Shown: piece by piece, positions 42,364 through 50,289 of the stretch
Numbering within the stretch: the first letter of the stretch is position 1
How the letters are laid out: each line of letters starts with the position of its first letter
Source of the DNA: Candidatus Limnocylindrales bacterium
GTDB taxonomy: Bacteria; Chloroflexota; Limnocylindria; Limnocylindrales; CSP1-4
Direction of reading: 5' to 3'
DNA: 55,068 bases
Assembly: GCA_035703005.1 (NCBI GenBank)
Contig: DASSZA010000125.1
Coordinates: 1-55,068 of the forward strand
Notes under the pieces: generated by a model
Database searches by the model: none
What the model saw: the letters and a program-made list of their open reading frames with translations, nothing else
What the model was told of the DNA's origin: nothing
Translations under genes and position numbers: made by a program

Positions 42364-43692
42364 ATGACGGCGCAGTCGATCGTCTGCGGTGCATGTGCCG
42401 CCGAGGTCCCGAACGGACGGCTCTCGTGCCCGTCCTGTGGAGAGCTGTTGGCGTCCGTCGCCGGCAGCCGCCGGGGGACGGCGCCCGTGGCGGCGTCGGT
42501 CGCGGCGTCGAAAGCCGTGCCGAAGGTCCTGTATGACCCGGCGGCAGCCCCTAGCGCCGCCGTCGTCGACGGTCAGTTGTCGCTCGAGGCGTCGGAACGC
42601 GATGCCGAGGCGGAGTTGCCCTGGGCCGGCGTGACGCACACGCAGGCAGCGGGTAGTGGCGTCGATGCGACCGTCAGCGACGGCGCGGACGACGCCGGTG
42701 GACTCTTCGACGACGATGCGGGTGGGTTGCCCGCCTGGACGCCGCCGTCGTCGAGCGTGCCGTGGGGAACCGCGTCCGACCTCAATGGCGGCCGGACGCC
42801 GTCCTATATGCCGCGCCCGGGGCTTCGACCCTCGGTTCCGCAACAGTCGCCGTCGTCGGAAGCTGATCCGTTCCCAACGGACGACCCACTGGCCTGGGAC
42901 CCCGCACCGTCGCCTGCACCTGCGCCCCAGCCACACGTCTCATGGCCAGACCCGAGTTCCGTGTCATGGCCGGGCCGGGAGCCTGCGGCATGGCCGGCAC
43001 CCGCGGTCGCTGCGGCATCGGCGGCCGCTGCGCAAGCGCCCGCCCCAGAGCCGAGCGGACCCGGAGCCGCTGCCGCGCCCGCCGCACCGACCCCACAGTC
43101 CGCGCCCGCACCGCAGCCGATGCAGGCCTTCGCAGGACCAGGCGCCTACCTGCCCCCGGCGCCGATCGCCGTCCCAGCCGGCCCTTCGGCGCCGGCTCGC
43201 GAATGGGCGGGGCATGCCGCTCCTGAGGCGGCCGAAGCGGAGACCGCTCCCGGCAGCCGCTCCGCGATGGACGACGATCTTCGCGTCCGTCTACTCGACT
43301 TCGTCCGGTGGCTCTCGGTCGCCGGCTCGGCGTTCGCCGCCGTCGGCTTCCTCCTCCCATGGGGCCAGGTCGTCATCGGATCCGCCGATACCGGCTACTT
43401 CGGACGCTGGGGCATAGCCGGTCCGTGGCATCTCCTCGTCGCGCTGGCGATCCTCGCGAACCTGGGGCTCGCACTCATCGATAACAAGGTCCCTGTCTGG
43501 ATCCGGACCGGCATCAGCGGCCTCGGCTTGGGTGCGCTGTTGCTCGGTCTCGTATGGCCCTATCTGACGCTGCCATCGCTCGGCGCCGGGCCAGGTGCGG
43601 TGATCGCTGCGATCGGAGCGGCAGGGCTCGTCGTCTCGGGCGTCCTGGCGCTCGTTGCCGACCGTCACTCGGAGTCTCTTCGCCCCGTCTGA
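42364..43692 (+). CDS. Zinc-ribbon / Pro-Ala-rich linker / C-terminal multi-TM protein, unknown function
   Basis: 442 aa; CGAC-x10-CPSC at N-terminus; GAGG upstream of ATG; C-terminal helices from about residue 305. Confidence 0.6.
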   Translation: MTAQSIVCGACAAEVPNGRLSCPSCGELLASVAGSRRGTAPVAASVAASKAVPKVLYDPAAAPSAAVVDGQLSLEASERDAEAELPWAGVTHTQAAGSGVDATVSDGADDAGGLFDDDAGGLPAWTPPSSSVPWGTASDLNGGRTPSYMPRPGLRPSVPQQSPSSEADPFPTDDPLAWDPAPSPAPAPQPHVSWPDPSSVSWPGREPAAWPAPAVAAASAAAAQAPAPEPSGPGAAAAPAAPTPQSAPAPQPMQAFAGPGAYLPPAPIAVPAGPSAPAREWAGHAAPEAAEAETAPGSRSAMDDDLRVRLLDFVRWLSVAGSAFAAVGFLLPWGQVVIGSADTGYFGRWGIAGPWHLLVALAILANLGLALIDNKVPVWIRTGISGLGLGALLLGLVWPYLTLPSLGAGPGAVIAAIGAAGLVVSGVLALVADRHSESLRPV

Positions 43693-43726
43693 CACCCGCC
43701 TCCGCACACCTGTCCGCACGGCGGGA

Positions 43727-43744
43727 AGCAGGAGGTCCCCTGCT
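43727..43744 (+). terminator. Hairpin AGCAGG-N6-CCTGCT, 35 nt after stop of gene 42364-43692, abutting the TACACT box
   Basis: Read directly. Confidence 0.25.
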
Positions 43745-43749
43745 ACACT
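43744..43749 (+). promoter_or_regulatory. -10 box TACACT upstream of gene 43788 (about 30-nt leader with GGAGG)
   Basis: Read directly. Confidence 0.35.
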
Positions 43750-43787
43750 CCCGGGCAGCAGTCAAGCTACGGAGGCGACCCCGGCGC

Positions 43788-44447
43788 ATGGATCAGATCC
43801 TGAATACGGTCGGCCAGACGATCGATGACATCGTCAACAGCCAGGCCGTGCAGATCACCGGGCGACTCATCTTCGTCTACCTGGTCGTCCTGTGGATCGC
43901 GTCGGCCTACTGGGCGTACCGCGACATGCAGCAGCGATCCGACAACGCCATCCTGCCCTACCTCGTCGCGGCCGGGATCATCCTCTTCACTCCGTTCCTC
44001 TTCTTCCTGGCCGTGTGGGTCTACAAGATCATCCGGCCGCACGAGAAGGTCGGCGAGGTGTGGGAGCGCAACCTCGCCGAAGAGGCGCTGCTGAACGAAG
44101 TCGAGGCCGTTCCGCATTGTCCGACGTGCGAGCGAAGGGTCGATCCCGAATGGATCATCTGCCCGTCCTGCCGGACGCGACTGAACCGCGTCTGCCCGAA
44201 CTGCTCGAGGCTGGTCGGCCTCGACTGGTCGCTGTGCGCGTGGTGCGGCAAGGACTTCGAACGGCGTGACGTCGTCGCGGCCGGGATGATCCAGCCGCTA
44301 CCGGCAGGGAAGGAGCAGACCGGCCGGATCGCGGCACCGGCGAGCGGTCCGGCTGCGATCCCGGCGGCGATCCAGCGTTCGGTACGGTCGCGAAGCGGTC
44401 GCCAACAGCGGCAGTCGACCGCGGGGGATCCGCTTCCGGAGCGGTGA
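43788..44447 (+). CDS. 2-TM protein with C-terminal double zinc ribbon
   Basis: ORF 43554..44447 trimmed to ATG 43788 (GGAGG 43771-43775); CPTC-x10-CPSC and CPNC-x10-CAWC. Confidence 0.65.
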   Translation: MDQILNTVGQTIDDIVNSQAVQITGRLIFVYLVVLWIASAYWAYRDMQQRSDNAILPYLVAAGIILFTPFLFFLAVWVYKIIRPHEKVGEVWERNLAEEALLNEVEAVPHCPTCERRVDPEWIICPSCRTRLNRVCPNCSRLVGLDWSLCAWCGKDFERRDVVAAGMIQPLPAGKEQTGRIAAPASGPAAIPAAIQRSVRSRSGRQQRQSTAGDPLPER

Positions 44448-45535
44448 CGCCGCAGCCCCCGGATCCCTCGAGCCCCTCGCCCGACCCAGCGCTCGTCCCA
44501 TCCGATCCAGCTGACGCCGACGGCGCCGGCGCCGGCGCGGCGGGCGACGCGTCCATGCCCGAACCCCCGGCTCGGCTGGGCACGTCCACCTTCACGATCG
44601 AAGGCCGCGCCGCGCCCGGGCTCTTCGTCCTCGGCTGGCTCGCGACGATCGCCGGAGTCGGCGCGATCGTCATCGCGGTCATGTCGGGAAGCGGCATCGC
44701 CGGGTCACTCCTGCTCGTCGCCGGACTGATCGTCCTGTCGATCGGTCTGGTCGCGGGGGCCGGCGGCCAGGCGATCGAGCGTCGCGCCCGAGGAGTCCAG
44801 CGGTACACGGGTCCGTCGCCGTTCCTGGTGTTCCTGGCCGGCATCCCGATCACGGGCATCCTGCTGATCCTCGCAGGCCTGGTGCTCGGCTTCTTCGGGA
44901 TCGACGTCGACGGCCCGCTCGGACGACTCGCCTCGGTGATCGTCCAGGCGATCGTCTATATCGGACTGATCCGGCTCCTCGTCGTCGATAGCGGGGCGTT
45001 GTCGTGGACGGAGATGGGAGTCGTTCGACCCAGGCTACCGGCCCTCGCCGATGCGGGGTTCGGCGCCTTGATGGCGATCCCGGTGATCGCGGCCACGATC
45101 CCGGTCGCATATCTCGTGACGCGTTTCGTGCCGGTCGCGCCGGAGAGCCCGCTTCCGCCCGCGGGCGACACACCCGGCTTCATCGTCAACCTTCTCGCCG
45201 GTGCGGTCGTCGCGCCGTTCAGCGAGGAGATCATGTTCCGCGGCTTCGCGACAACGGCCTGGATGCGGGGCATGGGCCGCTGGCGCGGCGTCGTTCGTGG
45301 CGCGCTGTTCTTCGCCGTCGTTCACGTGCTGACGATCTCGGGCATCGACGCGCGTGAGGCTGTCGGGGTGGCGATCGCTGCGTTCGTGGGCCGGATCCCT
45401 GTTGCCTTCGCACTGGGCTGGCTGTTCCAGCGGACCGGCACGATCTGGGCGTCGCTCGGGCTGCACGCGACGTTCAACGCGATCCTGCTGATCATCGCCG
45501 AGGTCGCGGCCAGGACAGGCATCCCGCAACCCTGA
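44444..45535 (+). CDS. CPBP (CAAX protease/Abi) family intramembrane metalloprotease
   Basis: 363 aa; GTGA overlap; FSEEIMFRGF (EExxxR), FFAVVHV, GLHATFNA motifs; multi-TM. Confidence 0.8.
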   Translation: MTPQPPDPSSPSPDPALVPSDPADADGAGAGAAGDASMPEPPARLGTSTFTIEGRAAPGLFVLGWLATIAGVGAIVIAVMSGSGIAGSLLLVAGLIVLSIGLVAGAGGQAIERRARGVQRYTGPSPFLVFLAGIPITGILLILAGLVLGFFGIDVDGPLGRLASVIVQAIVYIGLIRLLVVDSGALSWTEMGVVRPRLPALADAGFGALMAIPVIAATIPVAYLVTRFVPVAPESPLPPAGDTPGFIVNLLAGAVVAPFSEEIMFRGFATTAWMRGMGRWRGVVRGALFFAVVHVLTISGIDAREAVGVAIAAFVGRIPVAFALGWLFQRTGTIWASLGLHATFNAILLIIAEVAARTGIPQP

Positions 45536-45697
45536 GGGAGTCCGCGATGCGTAAGCGGCCGGCCATCGGCCGGTGAGTAGGCGGTGAGCCCACCCCGATA
45601 GCCTTCGCCCCGTCCTCGAGGTCCGGATGGCGGGAGGAATCGGCGGGCTCTCGTCGTTCGGGCCGCGGGGACGCCCATCTCTGCACCCGAGGCTTCC

Positions 45698-46450
45698 GTG
45701 CTCGATCCGACCCGCTCCACGCGCGTCACCAGTCACGCGATCCGCGAGCTGCCCGAAGCCGAGCGGCCGCGCGAACGACTCGCGCTCCGCGGACCGGGCG
45801 GGCTCACGACGGCCGAGCTGATCGCCCTTCTGTGGGGGAGCGGCGTTCGCGGGCGATCAGCCGTCGAACTGGCGACCGACGCCTTGACGGCGTATGACGG
45901 TCTTGCCGGCCTTGCGCGCGCGACGGACCTCGAGCTCGCGGGCATCCCGGGTGTCGGCGCGGCGAAGGCCGCCCAGCTCGTCGCCGCATTCGAGCTCGGG
46001 CGGCGGCTCCTCGCCGACTGGCCGACTGCCCGCTGGCTGATCCGCGGCCCGCGTGACGTCGCCGACCGTTTGACCCTGCAGATGGGCGGTCTCGAGCGCG
46101 AGGAGCTGCGCGTCGTGATCCTCGACACGAAGAACCACGTCCTGCGCGTCGCGACGGTCTATCAGGGCAATGTCTCGGCATCGCTCGTGCGGGTCGGCGA
46201 GCTGTTCCGGGACGCCGTCCGCCTCAATGCGGCCGGGGTGATCCTCGTCCACAACCATCCGTCGGGCGATCCGACACCCAGTCCGGATGACCTGCATCTC
46301 ACGTCAGAGGCGCTTGCAGCCGGGCGCCTGCTCGACATCGCGCTGCTCGACCACCTCGTCATCGGGCACGACGCCTTCGTGTCGTTGCGGGACCGAGGGG
46401 TCGCGTTCGACCGGCCCGCACCCGCTCGAAACACGACGGTCATCGGCTAG
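45698..46450 (+). CDS. radC: RadC-family JAB-domain protein
   Basis: 250 aa; LPEAERPRERL, HhH region, JAMM-like VHNHPSGDPTPSPDD. Confidence 0.85.
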   Translation: MLDPTRSTRVTSHAIRELPEAERPRERLALRGPGGLTTAELIALLWGSGVRGRSAVELATDALTAYDGLAGLARATDLELAGIPGVGAAKAAQLVAAFELGRRLLADWPTARWLIRGPRDVADRLTLQMGGLEREELRVVILDTKNHVLRVATVYQGNVSASLVRVGELFRDAVRLNAAGVILVHNHPSGDPTPSPDDLHLTSEALAAGRLLDIALLDHLVIGHDAFVSLRDRGVAFDRPAPARNTTVIG

Positions 46451-46463
46451 CGTTCGCGTCGTC

Positions 46464-47177
46464 ATGCTCCAGGCGTTCGCTCTTGGCGCGATCGCGCAGG
46501 CGTCGCTGCTCCTCAGCGGCGTCGTGCCCTTCTTCCTGCGCATCCCCGACAGGATCGTGGGGGTCCTGGCGGGCATCGGCGCCGGAGCCCTCATCGGTGC
46601 CGTCGCCTTCGATCTCGTTCCGGAGGCGATCTCGAACGCTGAGGTCGCACTCTGGTTCATCGTTGGCGCTGGCATATTCCTGATCCTCGACAAGATCATC
46701 GAGGACCGCTTCGGTGGCGGGAACGAGGAGGAAGATGGGGACGGCGACGGAGCCGGTGGACCACTCGGCATCGTCCTCGGCTCGGTGGTCGATGGTGTTC
46801 CCGAGTCGGTGATCTTCGGCATCCAGCTCGCGGCCGGCATGCCGATCAGCATCGCGTTCCTCGCGGCCGTGTTCATCTCCAACATCCCGCAGGCCCTGGC
46901 GCCGTCGGCCGACCTCATCTCGTCCGGCTGGAAAGCCGGACGGATGATCGCCATGTGGGGAGCCGTCGTCCTGGCGTGCGGGATCGCGTCTGCGCTTGGC
47001 TGGCTGGCGGCGTCGAACGTGGAGACCGTCACTGGCGCACGCATGGCCGCGATCGCCGCGGGCGGCCTGCTCGCGATGCTCACGGCCTCGCTCGTGCCGT
47101 TCGCGTACCAGAAGGGTGGTGCGTGGGCGGCAATGGGAACCGTCGTCGGCTTCTGTGGGGCGTTGGCCGGCACCTGA
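46464..47177 (+). CDS. ZIP-family divalent metal transporter
   Basis: ORF 46287..47177 trimmed to ATG 46464; acidic Gly/Asp/Glu loop; VDGVPES and FISNIPQA blocks resemble actinobacterial ZIP proteins. Confidence 0.75.
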   Translation: MLQAFALGAIAQASLLLSGVVPFFLRIPDRIVGVLAGIGAGALIGAVAFDLVPEAISNAEVALWFIVGAGIFLILDKIIEDRFGGGNEEEDGDGDGAGGPLGIVLGSVVDGVPESVIFGIQLAAGMPISIAFLAAVFISNIPQALAPSADLISSGWKAGRMIAMWGAVVLACGIASALGWLAASNVETVTGARMAAIAAGGLLAMLTASLVPFAYQKGGAWAAMGTVVGFCGALAGT

Positions 47178-47262
47178 CCGCCGGGGCTGGCTGTCCGGTG
47201 CCCTCGTGCACGGAGCGTGGCGACCGGCAGCCCCCGTTCCCGGCCCGAACAGGGTCCTCTGG

Positions 47263-47268
47263 TAGACT
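47263..47268 (+). promoter_or_regulatory. -10 box TAGACT with TGG extension (TGGTAGACT) about 135 nt upstream of mreB
   Basis: Read directly. Confidence 0.4.
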
Positions 47269-47406
47269 GCGCGGCCTAACCGTCCCCGGACGGGGCTCAG
47301 ATCCGGCCCATCTCCCGGCACGACGCGACCTTCAGGCCGGCTGGCCAGTTCGCCGCTCGCCGTCGCGCCCGACCCCCACGGCGAACCAGAGGACCCTTCC
47401 CGGAAC

Positions 47407-48459
47407 ATGCTCGACCGCCTGCTCGGCCTCTTCTCGCGGGACATCGGCATCGACCTCGGCACCGCGAACACCCTGGTCCATGTCCGGGACCGCGGGATCG
47501 TGATGAGCGAGCCGTCCGTCGTGGCGATCGACGCCAAGACCAAGCGCGTCCTGGCCATCGGCGCCGAGGCGAAGCGGATGGTCGGCCGGACGCCCGCCAA
47601 CATCATCGCGGTCCGCCCGCTCCGTGACGGCGTGATCAGCGACTTCGACGTCACCGAGCAGATGATCAAGTACTTCGTGAACCGGGTCCACGACCGGATC
47701 GGGCTGATCCCGCGACCGCGGATGCTGCTCGGGATCCCGTCCGGCGTCACCGAGGTCGAGAAGCGCGCCGTTCGCGACGCCGCCTTGAACGCCGGCGCCC
47801 GCTGGGCGCGCCTCATCGAGGAGCCGATGGCCGCCGCGATCGGTGCCGGGCTCCCGGTCAGCGAGCCGTCCGGCAGCCTCATCGTCGACATCGGCGGCGG
47901 GACGACCGAGGTCGCCGTCATCTCGCTCGGCGGCATCGTCGTCAGCCGCTCGATCCGCATCGGAGGCGACGAGATGGACCAGGACATCGTCACGTTCGCC
48001 CGGCGCGAGTACAACCTGTTCCTCGGCGAGCGCACCGCCGAGGACATCAAGATCGCGATCGGCTCGTCCTATCCGGGCGAATGGGACGCGCAGCGCGTCA
48101 CGCTCCGTGGCCGCGACCTGCTGACCGGTCTGCCCCGCAGCGTCGAGGTCGGTGCCGATCAGATCCGCGAGGCCATCGAGCCCTCCGTCGCCCAGATCAT
48201 CGACACGGTGAAGGACACGATCGAGGAGACGCCCCCGGAACTCGTGGCCGACATCATGGATCAGGGCATCGTCGTCGCGGGCGGCGGCGCACTGCTGGCA
48301 GGGCTCGACCGGCGGATCGCCGAAGCGACCCAGATGCCCGTCCACATCGCCGACGACCCGCTGACATGCGTCGCCCGCGGCACCGGCGTCGTGCTCGAGG
48401 AGCTCGACGAGATGGACCGCGTGCTCGTCGCCGAGACGTACTCTCGCCCGCCGCGCTGA
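47407..48459 (+). CDS. mreB: Rod-shape-determining protein MreB
   Basis: 350 aa; DIGIDLGTANTLV, LIVDIGGGTTEVAV, actin-fold motifs. Confidence 0.95.
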   Translation: MLDRLLGLFSRDIGIDLGTANTLVHVRDRGIVMSEPSVVAIDAKTKRVLAIGAEAKRMVGRTPANIIAVRPLRDGVISDFDVTEQMIKYFVNRVHDRIGLIPRPRMLLGIPSGVTEVEKRAVRDAALNAGARWARLIEEPMAAAIGAGLPVSEPSGSLIVDIGGGTTEVAVISLGGIVVSRSIRIGGDEMDQDIVTFARREYNLFLGERTAEDIKIAIGSSYPGEWDAQRVTLRGRDLLTGLPRSVEVGADQIREAIEPSVAQIIDTVKDTIEETPPELVADIMDQGIVVAGGGALLAGLDRRIAEATQMPVHIADDPLTCVARGTGVVLEELDEMDRVLVAETYSRPPR

Positions 48460-48505
48460 GAGAGTGGCCGGCGGTTGACCGTCGGCCGATGATTCGACTT
48501 CCCCT

Positions 48506-49468
48506 ATGGCTGCCGTACCGACCGAACGCATCAACCGCCGCCGCACCGTCGCCTTCACGATCCTCGTGGTGGTGAGCCTGGTGCTGATGGCGATCTCGTC
48601 GAACCCGTACGTGCGCGAGGTCCAGAACGGCGTCGGCTTCGCGTTCCGCCCGATCCAGGGCGCCCTCGACAACGCGGCGGGTACCGTGGCTTCGATCGGC
48701 GCGTCGATCGCGGAGATCGACCGCTTGCGCGTGGACAACGGGACCCTCCGCGGCGAGAACGAGCGGCTGACCGTCGAGAACACCCGGCTCCAGGAGATCG
48801 CCCGCGAGAACGAGCAGCTGACCGACCTGCTGCAGCTCCGCGCGGGCTTCGACTACAAGACCGCGGCGGCCGCCGTCATCTCGCGCGATTCGTCGGAGTT
48901 CCGGCGGGTCATCGGCATCGACAAGGGCTCGAACGCCGGGATCAAGGAAGGCGACGTCGTCGTCGCCGGCGGTGGCGCGCTTGCGGGACGCGTGACCAAC
49001 GTCGGACCGGACAGCGCGTCGATCGTGCTGCTGACCGATGGCTCGTCGACCGTGATCGGCCAGCTGGTGTCGAACGCCGCGGCAGGGCGTGTGATCGGGC
49101 AGCTCGGCGGGGTGCTGGTGATGGACCAGATCGACTCGGGCGAGAAGATCTCGATCGGCGACGAGGTCGTGTCGGCCGGCATCGAGCTCGGCGGCGGTGT
49201 GCGATCGCCCTACCCGAAGGGGCTCCTGATCGGGCAGGTGGTCGACGTTCGGCGCGACGCGAACGCTGTCGTCCAGACCGCCTACCTCCAGCCCGCCGCC
49301 GATTTCGACAAGCTCGAATTCGTGCTCGTCGTCCTCGATTACCAGGGCGGATTGCCACCGGTCGAGGAGCAGCCCGTCGAGTGCAACCCCGGCAGTGGGG
49401 GTGGGACCCTGCCCGAGGGCGAACAGCCCTGCCTGACGTCGCCGCGTCCCTCGGCCAGCCCGCGCTGA
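48506..49468 (+). CDS. mreC: Rod-shape-determining protein MreC
   Basis: 320 aa; N-terminal TM, coiled coil (LRGENERLTVENTRLQE), beta-rich C-terminus; position after mreB. Confidence 0.8.
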   Translation: MAAVPTERINRRRTVAFTILVVVSLVLMAISSNPYVREVQNGVGFAFRPIQGALDNAAGTVASIGASIAEIDRLRVDNGTLRGENERLTVENTRLQEIARENEQLTDLLQLRAGFDYKTAAAAVISRDSSEFRRVIGIDKGSNAGIKEGDVVVAGGGALAGRVTNVGPDSASIVLLTDGSSTVIGQLVSNAAAGRVIGQLGGVLVMDQIDSGEKISIGDEVVSAGIELGGGVRSPYPKGLLIGQVVDVRRDANAVVQTAYLQPAADFDKLEFVLVVLDYQGGLPPVEEQPVECNPGSGGGTLPEGEQPCLTSPRPSASPR

Positions 49469-49494
49469 GCGCTGGCGGTCGCCCCCGCCGCTGC

Positions 49495-49500
49495 TACGCT
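49495..49500 (+). promoter_or_regulatory. -10 box TACGCT, 8 nt before rmlA ATG 49509
   Basis: TACGCT-tccgcgcc-ATG. Confidence 0.4.
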
Positions 49501-49508
49501 TCCGCGCC

Positions 49509-50270
49509 ATGAAGGGCATCGTCCTTGCGGGCGGGACCGCTACTCGGCTGTTCCCGCTGACGATCGTCACGAACAAGCACCTGCTGCCCATCTACGACCG
49601 GCCGATGATCTACTACCCGATCGAAACGCTGGCCGGCATGGGCATCCGTGAGGTGCTCGTCATCGTCGGTGGCAAGAGTGTTGGTGACGTCGTCGAGCTG
49701 CTCGGCGACGGGTCGCACTTCGGACTCGATCTGACGTACCGATATCAGGCGGGTGCGTACGGCATCGCCCACGCCATCGGACTCGCGCGCGACTTCGTCG
49801 GGGGCGAGGCCTTCTGCTGCGTCCTCGGCGACAACATCCTGCGAGGTCCGGACCTTGCCGACGTCGCGGCCGAGTTCGAGGCGAGTGACTTCGGCGCCGG
49901 CTCGTTGCTGTACCGCGTCGGGGACCCGGGGCGGTTCGGTGTGGCCGAGTTCGACGCCGACGGTCGTGTCATCGGGTTCGAGGAGAAGCCGCAGCAGCCC
50001 AAGAGCGATCTGATCCCGATCGGCGTGTACTTCCTCCGCCCGGATGCCTTCGGTGTCATCGACCGGCTCGCGCCGTCGGGTCGCGGCGAGTTCGAGATCA
50101 CCGACGTGCTCAACCATTACATCCCGGAAGGCCGGCTCTTCACTCGGATCTACGAGGGCCACTGGACGGACGCGGGCACCGTCTCGTCGCTGCTGCGAGC
50201 CGCCGAGCTCGCCCGCGACGACGATGCGTCGGGCCGCCTGGCGCCGCCCGTGGAGCGCCCGCTCGGGTGA
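49509..50270 (+). CDS. rmlA: Glucose-1-phosphate thymidylyltransferase-like sugar nucleotidyltransferase (short form)
   Basis: 253 aa; MKGIVLAGGTATRLFPLT...NKHLLPIYDRPMIYYP; followed by rmlB/D/C. Confidence 0.75.
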   Translation: MKGIVLAGGTATRLFPLTIVTNKHLLPIYDRPMIYYPIETLAGMGIREVLVIVGGKSVGDVVELLGDGSHFGLDLTYRYQAGAYGIAHAIGLARDFVGGEAFCCVLGDNILRGPDLADVAAEFEASDFGAGSLLYRVGDPGRFGVAEFDADGRVIGFEEKPQQPKSDLIPIGVYFLRPDAFGVIDRLAPSGRGEFEITDVLNHYIPEGRLFTRIYEGHWTDAGTVSSLLRAAELARDDDASGRLAPPVERPLG

Positions 50271-50289
50271 CCGGCGCGCGGCGCGGGTG

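Noticed and set aside
46440-48783. Long minus-strand ORFs (536 aa and 483 aa) opposite the ZIP transporter gene and mreB
   Set aside because: mreB and the ZIP transporter are unambiguous on the plus strand, and the antisense products are low-complexity.
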